From a virus (taxonomy: Duplodnaviria; Caudoviricetes), in IMG/VR virus record IMGVR_UViG_3300037296_000151, positions 1 to 59,596 of that record: DNA of 59,596 bases; one strand, 5' to 3'. Positions within the stretch are counted from its first letter, which is position 1. The number at the start of each line of letters is the position of its first letter. The translations under genes and the position numbers were made by a program. A model generated the notes under the pieces. The model saw only the letters and a program-made list of their open reading frames with translations. It did not search any database and was not told the DNA's origin. Positions 44,521-53,364 of the stretch are shown piece after piece.

Positions 44521-45002
44521 TGCACAACCAATGCGAATTTATCGGCAACCTTGGGCGCGATCCAGAGGTTAAGACGTTCAACAACGGCGGCAAGGTCTGC
44601 AACTTGCGCTTGGCTGTTTCCGAGAAATGGCGCGACAAGGAGAGCGGCGAGCGCAAAGAGCACACGGAGTGGATTTCCGTAGCAGTGTTCCAAGAGGGGC
44701 TAATCCGCGTATGTGAGCAGTACCTCAAAAAAGGCTCCAAAGTCTTCGTCCAAGGCAAGATGAAGACCCGCAAGTATCAGGACCAGAGCGGCAACGATCG
44801 GTATAGCACCGAAGTCGTGCTGCAAGGGTTCGGTGGCAAGCTGGTTATGCTCGACGGTAAGAGCGGCGGCGACAGCGGCGGTGGATCAGGCGGCTACGGT
44901 GGTGGCTATGGCGGCGGCGATGATGGCCCCAGCGGTGGTGGATCGAGCGGCGGCACGCAGTACGGCCAGCAGCAAGACTTAGACGACGAAATTCCGTTTT
45001 AG
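44520..45002 (+). CDS. ssb: Single-stranded DNA-binding protein, 160 aa
   Basis: GNLGRDPE, YLKKGSKV, DDEIPF tail. Confidence 0.97.
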   Translation: MHNQCEFIGNLGRDPEVKTFNNGGKVCNLRLAVSEKWRDKESGERKEHTEWISVAVFQEGLIRVCEQYLKKGSKVFVQGKMKTRKYQDQSGNDRYSTEVVLQGFGGKLVMLDGKSGGDSGGGSGGYGGGYGGGDDGPSGGGSSGGTQYGQQQDLDDEIPF

Positions 45003-45004
45003 TT

Positions 45005-45415
45005 ATGAAAATCTCTGCCGCCGAATATGCCCTCATGCAGTCCCGCGCTCCCAAGAAGCAGCAAGCGGGGAAGAAGAAGGCAAAATACAGCAACAAGAAG
45101 GTGGTGGTCGACGGTCATACCTTCGACAGCAAGGCAGAGGCGCGGCGCTACGGCGAGTTGAAGCTCCAACAGCGCGCGGGCGAGATTTTCGATTTGGAAA
45201 TGCAAGTACCTATCCCGCTGCAAGGGCGGGATGGGCCGTTACTCAGCCCCGCCGGGCGGGTGCTCAAGTACAAGGCAGATTTCACCTACCTGACGCGCTC
45301 CGGCGATGTCGTGGTGGAAGATGTCAAAGGCTTCGAGACACCAGAATACAAGCTCAAAAGAGCGATCCTCGCGGCAATGGGCATCACAATCCGAGAAGTC
45401 AGATACAGGAAGTAG
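45005..45415 (+). CDS. DUF1064-family nuclease, 136 aa
   Basis: FDSKAEARRY, YKADF, VEDVKG. Confidence 0.85.
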   Translation: MKISAAEYALMQSRAPKKQQAGKKKAKYSNKKVVVDGHTFDSKAEARRYGELKLQQRAGEIFDLEMQVPIPLQGRDGPLLSPAGRVLKYKADFTYLTRSGDVVVEDVKGFETPEYKLKRAILAAMGITIREVRYRK

Positions 45416-45425
45416 AGGTTCAGGC

Positions 45426-46289
45426 ATGGCGCTCTGGTACAGATTTGAGATTAGTGCGTGGAACATCGGCACCGACGACCTGACACTAGAGCAGGAGGCG
45501 GCCTATCTGCGCATCGTCAATGCCACGCACCTTCATCAAGAGGCGATCAAGGACAATATGCGGGTGCTGGGCGGTCTTTGGCGCTGCCACGAGCGCCGGG
45601 CGAAGCGGCTGCGGCAAGAGTTGATCGACGCTGGCAAGCTGGTGTCAGCGGGTGGCCGGCTGTTTAACCCGCGCGCGCTCGAAGAGGCCAAATCGTTCAA
45701 AGAGTACACCGAGCAGCAGGCCGAGTATGGCCGCATGGGCGGCAAGGCTAAGGGCAAGGGCAAGGTACAGGATGATCTGCCCGGCATGGACGCGGAAGAG
45801 GCGAAACCGGAGCCAGCGCCAGAGCAGAAGCCGGAGCCAGCACCAGAGACGGAGCCGGAAAAAAGTACGGACAGTGCCGGGCAGTGTCCGGCCTCAGAGG
45901 CACCACCAGAAGAGCTTGAGCCGCGCGAGCGCGTGCTGGTTGCTATGGGACATGACCCCTCCGGCCTCACGGCGGGCGGCAAGCTGGTCGGCACACAAGC
46001 CGACATGATGCAATACGCGCGGTGGCGCGACGAGCTTGGCCTTTCGATGGAGGACATCGAGGGCGTGATTGGCGAGGTCTGCCGTGGCAAGCGCGACGGA
46101 CCCCCAACATCATTCAGATATTTCACCGCGGCGATGCAACGGTTCGCGGAAGAGAAGGCCGAGGCGGCCAAACCGCTGCCCAAGGTCCAACGCAAAGAGG
46201 ACAGAAGCCGGGACGTGTCAGAGGCGCTAGGCGGCGTCGTGAAGCGGTTCCCCGGTGTTCAGAAACCAAGTGAGAGGAAGAAGGCATGA
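45426..46289 (+). CDS. Putative replication initiator (DUF1376/YdaU-like N-terminus), 287 aa
   Basis: TDDLTLEQEAAYLRI; position after ssb. Confidence 0.7.
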   Translation: MALWYRFEISAWNIGTDDLTLEQEAAYLRIVNATHLHQEAIKDNMRVLGGLWRCHERRAKRLRQELIDAGKLVSAGGRLFNPRALEEAKSFKEYTEQQAEYGRMGGKAKGKGKVQDDLPGMDAEEAKPEPAPEQKPEPAPETEPEKSTDSAGQCPASEAPPEELEPRERVLVAMGHDPSGLTAGGKLVGTQADMMQYARWRDELGLSMEDIEGVIGEVCRGKRDGPPTSFRYFTAAMQRFAEEKAEAAKPLPKVQRKEDRSRDVSEALGGVVKRFPGVQKPSERKKA

Positions 46290-46954
46290 GTAACGAAGCG
46301 AGAGACGAGACAATCGGCACGGCGCTGGATAACTGGCTGGCCCGCTATACCCCGCCCCGGCACATGCAGAGCAACGATGTCGCGATGCAGGCCGAGGCCA
46401 ACGCCATGTTCGACGCACTGGCGAAGATCGGGCCCGGCCAAGGCTATGCCGAGTGGATCGAGCGCACGCTCACGGAAATGGACGGGCGCATGAGGACACG
46501 CGCATGGCCGACCGTGGGCGAGTTGAGCGAGACTGCAAAGCAGGTGGCGCAGAAAATGGCCCCGGCCCGGCGCTCTTTCCGACCGCACAACGGACATCAG
46601 CAGAGCGACGAAGAGCAGGAGCGGCAAAACAGCCTGCGCAAGATCGCCAATGCCATCAAGTCAGGCCAGCCTGTGACGGAGCACGCCGCGTGGGGGCGTC
46701 TCGCAGTCGAGCTTGTGCAATTCGGGCATATCACCAGCGAGCAGCGCGACCGCCTGCGCTCTGGCGTCTTCTTCAAGTACCGCTCGATGTACGGTGAAGA
46801 GAAGGCGCGCAAGCATGAGGAAGAGTGCAAGGCCCGGCATGAGCACGGCGAGCGGCTGCACCGGGCAGATCGGGAGCAGGAGCGCCAGAAATATAACCTG
46901 CCGCACCATGAGCATGAGCCGGAGCATGACTACGGCGACATGATCGACGCATGA
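46286..46954 (+). CDS. Hypothetical protein (possible replication accessory), 222 aa
   Basis: ATGA coupling; RAWPTVGEL motif. Confidence 0.7.
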   Translation: MSNEARDETIGTALDNWLARYTPPRHMQSNDVAMQAEANAMFDALAKIGPGQGYAEWIERTLTEMDGRMRTRAWPTVGELSETAKQVAQKMAPARRSFRPHNGHQQSDEEQERQNSLRKIANAIKSGQPVTEHAAWGRLAVELVQFGHITSEQRDRLRSGVFFKYRSMYGEEKARKHEEECKARHEHGERLHRADREQERQKYNLPHHEHEPEHDYGDMIDA

Positions 46955-47142
46955 GCGAGCCGAGCGACGACCCGCAAGCGGATCTTGACGAGATTGAGCA
47001 GAAGGCCGCTATCCTACAATACGGCGATGGCCTGACGCGCTACATGGCCGAGCTACAAGCGGCCAAAGAGCGCGGATACAAAAACTGGATCGAGGCGCGC
47101 ATGAAGATCAAACAGGCAATTAAAAAAGGGCGCGAGGGATAA
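46951..47142 (+). CDS. Hypothetical protein, 63 aa
   Basis: EQKAAILQYGDGLTR..AE motif; coupled ORF. Confidence 0.65.
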   Translation: MSEPSDDPQADLDEIEQKAAILQYGDGLTRYMAELQAAKERGYKNWIEARMKIKQAIKKGREG

Positions 47143-47160
47143 CCCCCGCGCCCCTTTCTT
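47122..47160. terminator. Bidirectional terminator between convergent operons
   Basis: A6, GGGCGCG...CGCGCCC stem, T-rich tail. Confidence 0.75.
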
Positions 47161-47177
47161 TGCCCGCCTGGGCGGTT

Positions 47178-47408
47178 TTAATCGAGCACTTCTTCGAGCA
47201 CCTGCGCGCGGATAACAAACCACGGCGTTTGATCCGGCTGGCTGCGGTTCTTGGCTATGATCGCCACGATTTCATCCATTTCCTCAAGCTCAAGCTGTTT
47301 GACTAAGCCAGCGGGAATATAGCAGTCCTCGTCGTTGTCTTCGCGGATCGCAAAGCCTGCGCCGTTCTCGATGATGTTCGTGACGATACAGGTGCGTTTG
47401 ATTGCCAT
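47178..47408 (-). CDS. Small OB-fold/cold-shock-like protein, 76 aa
   Basis: GAGFAIRED..EDCYIP; AAGGA SD. Confidence 0.65.
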   Translation of the reverse strand: MAIKRTCIVTNIIENGAGFAIREDNDEDCYIPAGLVKQLELEEMDEIVAIIAKNRSQPDQTPWFVIRAQVLEEVLD

Positions 47409-47426
47409 ATCGGTGTCCTTTCAGGG

Positions 47427-47484
47427 GGTAGGTAGGTTAGCTCTAACAGGTGGGCAGGTTAGCCCTAATGGGTGGGTAGGTTAG
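47427..47484. repeat. Three direct repeats with 22-bp period
   Basis: GGTRGGYAGGTTAG(CYCTAA) starting at 47427, 47449, 47471. Confidence 0.85.
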
Positions 47485-47978
47485 AAGAGGCGGCCATCCT
47501 CGAAGCGGGTGAGGATCAGGTGCCGCGCGTCTTCCATGTCGGGATCATAGAGCGCGTAAACGTCCGAGTTGGTCAGGATTTCGGCGTAGCGTGTCGCCAC
47601 GCGGAAAGTCGTCGCATAGTCGGCGCCAAGCGCGCGCAGGCTCTCGCCATAGGCCGCTGCCTCCATTTCGAGCTTCACACCGTCCCGGCGCATCACGAGC
47701 GCCACCAGCAACGCAGCGGCGATGTAGAGCAAGTAGGTTGGCCCCTCGATACCCCAAGCCCGAGCGCCTTGATGGAGCATCGTGCCAAGCGCGATGGCGA
47801 TCAGGGCCAGCGTGTAATGCTGCGCGACGTGCCATTCCTCATGGCGGCGCAAAACCTTGTTGTCCCACATGCTGAAAGGGATACGGACCCAAAACAGCTT
47901 GGCATGGCCCCAATTATCGGGCGAGACAGTCTGCACATAGGGCAGGATGCCCCGCGCTAGTCCAAAACGTAGTTTCAT
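47481..47978 (-). CDS. Membrane zincin-like metallopeptidase, 165 aa
   Basis: HEEWH (HExxH), two TM segments, EMEAAAY. Confidence 0.7.
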   Translation of the reverse strand: MKLRFGLARGILPYVQTVSPDNWGHAKLFWVRIPFSMWDNKVLRRHEEWHVAQHYTLALIAIALGTMLHQGARAWGIEGPTYLLYIAAALLVALVMRRDGVKLEMEAAAYGESLRALGADYATTFRVATRYAEILTNSDVYALYDPDMEDARHLILTRFEDGRLF

Positions 47979-48083
47979 CTGCTCAATCTCCTTTGCAGTG
48001 TCATGGCTCTCTGGCGCATGGTGCTGACCTCGAAGGGGAGGGGGAAATAAATTCCCTCCCCCCCCCCAAGGGCAGGCGATGCG

Positions 48084-48428
48084 TCAGCAGCCGCGCTGTG
48101 CGCGCATGGTGTTGATGGCGTCATACTGGCCCTTCGCCTGTGCCAACTGCGCCGATTGGTCGGAGCCCGCCGACAGGGCGAACAGGGCAGGCCAGAACAG
48201 GACCATGCCCACGCCCATCGCCACGGCATCGCTATCGGCCTTCTTCTTCTGCGAGGCGGTGAGGGTGTTCACATTAGCCACGACGCGGGCATGTTCAGCG
48301 GCCAGTGCGCGGCAATTCATGTTGGCATAAGTGTACGTCGGCACCGGAGCGGGCGCGATAGCGTCGGGCTGGTCAGCGCAGGCCGACAGCATGGCAACGG
48401 CGGATACGGCGCAAATCAATTTCTTCAT
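48084..48428 (-). CDS. Lipoprotein, 114 aa
   Basis: MKKLICAVSAVAMLSAC lipobox; GGGAG SD. Confidence 0.8.
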   Translation of the reverse strand: MKKLICAVSAVAMLSACADQPDAIAPAPVPTYTYANMNCRALAAEHARVVANVNTLTASQKKKADSDAVAMGVGMVLFWPALFALSAGSDQSAQLAQAKGQYDAINTMRAQRGC

Positions 48429-48510
48429 GGTAGTAGTCTCCCTTGGTGGGTTGTCATGGCCGGAATTGGCGCATGGGATCGGGCCGCGCGCAGCGGCCCT
48501 CACCGATGCG

Positions 48511-49191
48511 TCAGCCTGCCTGAAACTCCTGAACGATGCCGTGCTTGTTGCAGGACGGGCAGATGCAGGCCGCGTATTCGTCGTAGTCGCTATCGTGGTT
48601 GGGCAGGGCGCAGTGGTCTTGATCGAACCCTTGCTTGGTCCTCATGCCCCAGATGGTCGCGGCGACCATGAATGATCCGGTATGACCGCAGTCGGGGCAG
48701 AACATTTTAAGATCGTCTTCTGCCTCAAGCGCGGCGTCCCATGTGCGGATGAACCATTCGATTGCCTCGATCTGCGCCGCCTTCTCGGCGGTTTCGGGGA
48801 TAAAATCGACATCGGCGGAAACATCAGCCAGCAGCTCGTCCGCGCTCTTGTGCGGCAGCTTCTCGCGGGCGCAGAACTCGCGCAGCGCGTCCGTCAGGAC
48901 CGCCGTGCCAATCTCTTCGGGCTGGTGGCACTCCGGCAGGTAGAAGTCCCAATAGAGCGCCCATGTGGCCGCGTCGTCGTCAGCCTCAAACTCGGTGGAA
49001 TAGATCGGCACCAGCAGCTTGCCCGGCGCGGTGATGAAGCCGTAGGCGTTGGCATGGAACACCGCGACCATTGCATCAGGATCGTCTCCCAAGTCTTCGG
49101 GGCTGATACCTATGACAAACGCCGCCTTGGCGCTGGTCATATTGCGGCGGGTGGCCTTGAAAGCCTCGAATGTGAGTGCTTGGTTGGTCAT
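48511..49191 (-). CDS. Hypothetical protein with C-terminal Zn ribbon, 226 aa
   Basis: CPDCG...CPSC. Confidence 0.7.
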   Translation of the reverse strand: MTNQALTFEAFKATRRNMTSAKAAFVIGISPEDLGDDPDAMVAVFHANAYGFITAPGKLLVPIYSTEFEADDDAATWALYWDFYLPECHQPEEIGTAVLTDALREFCAREKLPHKSADELLADVSADVDFIPETAEKAAQIEAIEWFIRTWDAALEAEDDLKMFCPDCGHTGSFMVAATIWGMRTKQGFDQDHCALPNHDSDYDEYAACICPSCNKHGIVQEFQAG

Positions 49192-49538
49192 TTGTCACCG
49201 CCTTTCAGGTACTCGGCAAGGCCAAGGTCTTCCGCCCGCGCCTTAAACTGGCCCCCGAAAATGCTGCCCGCCGTTTTCTTGAAGCTATCCTTCATCAGCA
49301 TCAGGATCAGCGCCCGCGTCTCGACGCTCTTGGCCTCTTTGGCTACGTCCATCGCGCAGTCAGCAGCCGCACGAAGGCAGAGCATCATCGCGCCCCAACG
49401 GTCCATGCGGCCCCCGTCAAACTGGCCTTTCGTCTCTTTCATGGATGCGTCTTTGATCCGGTCGGTCGCGCCTTCCTCGATCAGCATACGCTCCGTCTCT
49501 GCGGCGGCTTTAATGTCAAAATCTAGTGTGTCGGTCAT
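49188..49538 (-). CDS. Hypothetical protein, 116 aa
   Basis: AAGGAG SD. Confidence 0.7.
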   Translation of the reverse strand: MTDTLDFDIKAAAETERMLIEEGATDRIKDASMKETKGQFDGGRMDRWGAMMLCLRAAADCAMDVAKEAKSVETRALILMLMKDSFKKTAGSIFGGQFKARAEDLGLAEYLKGGDK

Positions 49539-49608
49539 ATCGTTACTCCTTGGTTACATGCTGTGGCGCATGGTGCTGCCCCGCGCGAAGCGGGGCAGGC
49601 GATGCGTC

Positions 49609-49965
49609 TCAGCCGTAAACGAGCGTGCCAAAGGCCGCGTTCTGGATCAGCGCGTCGGCGGTGTCAGCGTCCTCGCCCTCGGCCAGCCAATCGGCCAGAT
49701 AGACCGGCGCGAGGGGGATGCGCTCTAGGAAGTCGGCGCGGGTGAAGCTCCATGTTGTCTCAGGGTCTTCGGCATCGACGCCGCGCACCATCCATGTGTG
49801 TTCGCCCCAGACTTCCTCATTCTGGTAGCTCACGTTCTCGCCCTTGGCGTTCAGAACCTCGACATCAGCGGCCCAATAGTTGATGCCCCCCTCGATGGCG
49901 GTAATCATCAGGTCAGATACCCGCTTAGGCTCGATTTCGAGTGTGAGTGTGAGTGTGAGTGTCAT
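49609..49965 (-). CDS. Hypothetical phage protein, 118 aa
   Basis: TAIEGGINYW...DADTADALIQ...FG.LVYG; AAGGAG SD. Confidence 0.75.
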   Translation of the reverse strand: MTLTLTLTLEIEPKRVSDLMITAIEGGINYWAADVEVLNAKGENVSYQNEEVWGEHTWMVRGVDAEDPETTWSFTRADFLERIPLAPVYLADWLAEGEDADTADALIQNAAFGTLVYG

Positions 49966-50174
49966 GCTTGTTCTCCTTGGTTGGTAAGTGTTGCTGTCGC
50001 CGCGTCAGAGCGCGCCACCGCTGCCTCTGGCACGACCGTCAGCCCGCCGCAGGCGCAGCACAGCACCGCGTTGCCTGTGGTCGGGTGGATCGACCCGCAC
50101 GGCACATCGCGCGGGTTCCAGTTGCCGGAATTGGTGTTCAAAACGTGGATCGGGGCTGTGTTGGTGCAGGGCAT
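49962..50174 (-). CDS. Small Cys-containing protein, 70 aa
   Basis: Coupled ORF. Confidence 0.55.
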   Translation of the reverse strand: MPCTNTAPIHVLNTNSGNWNPRDVPCGSIHPTTGNAVLCCACGGLTVVPEAAVARSDAATATLTNQGEQA

Positions 50175-50389
50175 CAGATTGCCTCCCCGTCGACTTCCAG
50201 AAGGGCGGGTTCACCGTTGATGCTCACTTCGCCAAGGATCGGATCACCGTTAGGCCAAGCGCCAAAGTTGCTTTCAGCGCAGTGCATGTGCGCATCAATC
50301 AGCCGCTTGGCCTCTTCCTCGGAAGCCGCTTCGACGCGGATCGAGGCATAGAGCTTCATATCAAACGTGTATTCGCGGGTATCGGCCAT
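50174..50389 (-). CDS. Hypothetical protein, 71 aa
   Basis: IRVEAASEEEAK; TGATG coupling. Confidence 0.6.
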   Translation of the reverse strand: MADTREYTFDMKLYASIRVEAASEEEAKRLIDAHMHCAESNFGAWPNGDPILGEVSINGEPALLEVDGEAI

Positions 50390-50628
50390 CAGATCGCCCC
50401 CAGCGGTGTGTCGATGGCCTCTGGTGCGGAGCAAGTACCCCACGCCATGAAGTGCGCCCGACCGTTCATGTCGCAGGCGATGTCAGTCACCGCACGGACA
50501 TTTTCGAGGGCTTCATTGTGGCTCTTGTAGGGGCCAGCAATCAGGTACGGGCGGCCCGCGTCGATGGCCGAAACGTAGTGAAATGGGTGGTCAGGATTGA
50601 CCTCGGACTTAAAGGTAATAGTGGACAT
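50389..50628 (-). CDS. Hypothetical protein, 79 aa; first gene of the leftward operon
   Basis: AAGGAG SD before ATG at 50628. Confidence 0.65.
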   Translation of the reverse strand: MSTITFKSEVNPDHPFHYVSAIDAGRPYLIAGPYKSHNEALENVRAVTDIACDMNGRAHFMAWGTCSAPEAIDTPLGAI

Positions 50629-50663
50629 GAATAGTCTCCTTGGTTGCAGTAGCCTTTGCATCT

Positions 50664-50679
50664 TGCAATCAAAATTACA
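50664..50679. promoter_or_regulatory. Putative repressor operator
   Basis: TGCAATCAAAATTACA identical to 42726-42741. Confidence 0.65.
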
Positions 50680-50847
50680 GCTTTGCAAGTAATTCGGCGC
50701 AAAATCAGCAAAATCAGCAAAAAAAACCGCTTTCCCGTCCATGGCTGGTGGATGGCACAAACTCACCCGGTAAGTGGTTGAAAACAAACAAACCGCACCA
50801 AGGCTACCCTTGAAGGGATCCCTTGCTGGCAGTTACAAGGTAATTTT

Positions 50848-50932
50848 CGTCAAACGACCGTCAAACGCTCGTCAAACGCTCGTGGATCGACCGTGGATCG
50901 ACCGTGGATCGACCGTGGATCGACCGTGGATC
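50848..50932. repeat. Tandem array with 11-bp period
   Basis: 3x CGTCAAACG(AC/CT), then 4x CGTGGATCGAC plus a partial fifth copy. Confidence 0.95.
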
Positions 50933-51175
50933 ATACAAACTTGTTTGGTAAGTACCTGATAATAAACAAACCATGCCTAGGCCCCCCTTCAAGCAGATAA
51001 GATAAGATAAGATAAGAGTGGTGGTGGTGGTGCGCGCGCGAGACTTGTAACTCAGGAAAGCTGTAACTTTCGAAGCTCTCGACGCAGGCCATTTTTTTGC
51101 GTACCTTGCTGATTGCAGATTGAACAGCGTGCAGGCCGCTCGATCTGCAAACCGAGCAGAGCAGCAGGACGCCAG

Positions 51176-51730
51176 ATGCCGAAGACCTCCAAAGCGAGAA
51201 AGGATGCACCTGTCCCGAAGTGGGCAGAGCCGTTTGGCATCAGCGCCAAGCAAGCGATGTTCGTCGAGGAATACCTCATCGACCTCAACGCAACTCAGGC
51301 CGCCATCCGAGCCGGATACTCCGAAAAGACCGCTCGATCACAGGGCCAAAGACTGCTTACAAATGTTGACATCAAGCGGGCTGTGAAAGACCGCATCGAG
51401 GCGCGATCAGAGCGCACCAAGATTGACCAAGATTACATTCTCAACGGCATCAACGACACCGTGCAGCGATGTCGGCAGGCGCAGTTGGTCACCGACCGCG
51501 AAGGCTTGCCCGTCCTCGTTGAGACACCAGACGGGATGCTGACGCCTGCCTTCACCTTCGATGCCTCCAACACGCTCAAAGGCTTCGAGCTTCTAGGCAA
51601 GCATCTGGGCATGTGGAAAGAGAAGGTCGAGCTCGACTTCTCTGCCGAGCTACTGGCCGCAGCCAAAGCCGTGACCCAAGGAACGCCCGGCGTTCGACCG
51701 GGTGGGCTGAACCTTCCTGACGACGACTGA
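51176..51730 (+). CDS. terS: Terminase small subunit, 184 aa
   Basis: FVEEYLIDLNATQAAIRAGYS; ELLGKHLGM. Confidence 0.93.
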   Translation: MPKTSKARKDAPVPKWAEPFGISAKQAMFVEEYLIDLNATQAAIRAGYSEKTARSQGQRLLTNVDIKRAVKDRIEARSERTKIDQDYILNGINDTVQRCRQAQLVTDREGLPVLVETPDGMLTPAFTFDASNTLKGFELLGKHLGMWKEKVELDFSAELLAAAKAVTQGTPGVRPGGLNLPDDD

Positions 51731-51744
51731 GGGAGGCTCTGGCA

Positions 51745-53364
51745 GTGCTAGACGAGGCTCCGGCGGTAAACATACCCAACCCTCTACCGCTCGACTACGA
51801 GCCCAAGAACGCCGCAGAGCTACTGGCCTGCGCCCGCGCATCAGCCGAGTGGCGACTGTGCTCCGGCTACCTCTACAAGATCATCGTCAAAGAGACGGAC
51901 GACGCCGACGAAGCAGGCGTGGTCAAGCCGTTCAAGCCGAACAAGGCGCAACGCAAGTTCCTGCGCGAGATCCACTACCGCAACATCGTACTTAAGGCGC
52001 GTCAGTTGGGTTTCACCACCCTCTCTGCCATCCTCTTCCTCGATCACGCGCTATGGGTAGGTGACACCCAGCGTTGCGGCATCATTGCCCACACCATCGA
52101 GGCCGCAGAGGTGATCTTCCGCGACAAGGTGAAGTTTGCCTACTTCAACCTGCCCGAAGACATTCGCGCGCTCTTCCCGATCAAGACCGACAATGCGTCA
52201 GAAATCGTCTTTGCGCACAACAACAGCAGCATCCGCGTCTCGACCTCAATGCGCTCCGGCACGATCAACCGCCTGCATATCTCCGAAATGGGCAAGATTG
52301 CCGCCAAGAACCCCGAAAAGGCCGTGGAAATCGTCACAGGCTCGCTGCCAGCCGTGCCACAGAGCGGCATCGCCATCATCGAGAGTACCGCCGAGGGCAA
52401 GAGCGGCGAGTTCTACAACATGGCGACCCGCGCCGAGAAGCTGCACGCCATGGGCTTGCCGCTGACCAAGGATCAGTGGGCTTTCCACTTCTTTCCGTGG
52501 TTCATCACCCCCGATTACGTCACTGACCCCAGAAACGTGCGGATCAGCCCCGAAGAGCACGAATACTTCGACATCGTTGGTCGCGAAATGGGCGTGCGGA
52601 TCAAGCTGCCACAGCGGGCTTGGTACATCGCCAAGCGCGAGAACGAGCAGGGCGGCGATGTCGAGAAGATGTGGCGCGAGTACCCGTCGACACCTGCCGA
52701 GTGCTGGCAGCGCGGCACAGCAGGCACATTCTACGCGCCTCAGATGCTCCGAGCCCGCGCAGAGGGCCGCATCACCAAGCTGCGCCACGTCTCCAATGTG
52801 CCGGTCCACACGTTCTGGGACATCGGTTCTGGCGATGGCACTGGCATCTGGTCGATGCAGCACGTCGGCAATCAGCACCGCTTCCTCAAGTACATGGAGG
52901 ATTGGGCGCGGGGATACAGCTATTTCGTCAAGCAGTTGCGCGAGACAGGCTGGCTCTTTGGCGTCCACTACCTGCCCCACGACGCAGAGCATGAGCGGCA
53001 AGGCAAGGAGGGCACGTTCACGCCCCTGTCCTTGCTGCAAGACCTCGCCCCCGATTGGACCTTCCAGATCGTCCCGCGCATCCCTGACCTCTCCGTAGGC
53101 ATCCAAATGACACGCGAGAAGCTGTCAGAGGCTTGGTTCGATGTGGACGAGTGCGCCGAGGGCATCGAGCACATGGAGCTCTACCACAAAAAATGGAACG
53201 CCCGCATTGGCGCATTCACCGAAGAGCCGGAAAAGCTCGACGGACACTCAGAAGCCGCCGACGCGCTGCGCCAGTGGGCGCAAGGCTTCGATCCTACCCT
53301 CATGGGCAAGGCTTTCACCCCAAAATCACACAGACGCCGCCCAAAAGGAGGCATGGTTGCATGA
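51745..53364 (+). CDS. terL: Terminase large subunit, 539 aa
   Basis: LKARQLGFTT Walker A, LHISE, IESTAEG, WDIG, H.ADALR. Confidence 0.93.
   Translation: MLDEAPAVNIPNPLPLDYEPKNAAELLACARASAEWRLCSGYLYKIIVKETDDADEAGVVKPFKPNKAQRKFLREIHYRNIVLKARQLGFTTLSAILFLDHALWVGDTQRCGIIAHTIEAAEVIFRDKVKFAYFNLPEDIRALFPIKTDNASEIVFAHNNSSIRVSTSMRSGTINRLHISEMGKIAAKNPEKAVEIVTGSLPAVPQSGIAIIESTAEGKSGEFYNMATRAEKLHAMGLPLTKDQWAFHFFPWFITPDYVTDPRNVRISPEEHEYFDIVGREMGVRIKLPQRAWYIAKRENEQGGDVEKMWREYPSTPAECWQRGTAGTFYAPQMLRARAEGRITKLRHVSNVPVHTFWDIGSGDGTGIWSMQHVGNQHRFLKYMEDWARGYSYFVKQLRETGWLFGVHYLPHDAEHERQGKEGTFTPLSLLQDLAPDWTFQIVPRIPDLSVGIQMTREKLSEAWFDVDECAEGIEHMELYHKKWNARIGAFTEEPEKLDGHSEAADALRQWAQGFDPTLMGKAFTPKSHRRRPKGGMVA

Larger units (their letters stand above)
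48012..49608 (-). repeat. Three dispersed intergenic stem-loop elements
   Basis: TGGCGCATGG-[hairpin]-CGATGCGTC at 48012-48085, 48467-48512, 49564-49608. Confidence 0.85.

Noticed and set aside
49939-49962. (GAGTGT)4 as a phase-variation tract
   Set aside because: The 6-bp unit keeps the reading frame (TL repeats), so slippage would not switch the gene on or off.
50848-50932. CRISPR array
   Set aside because: Repeats are 11 bp and contiguous with no spacers, and no cas genes are present.
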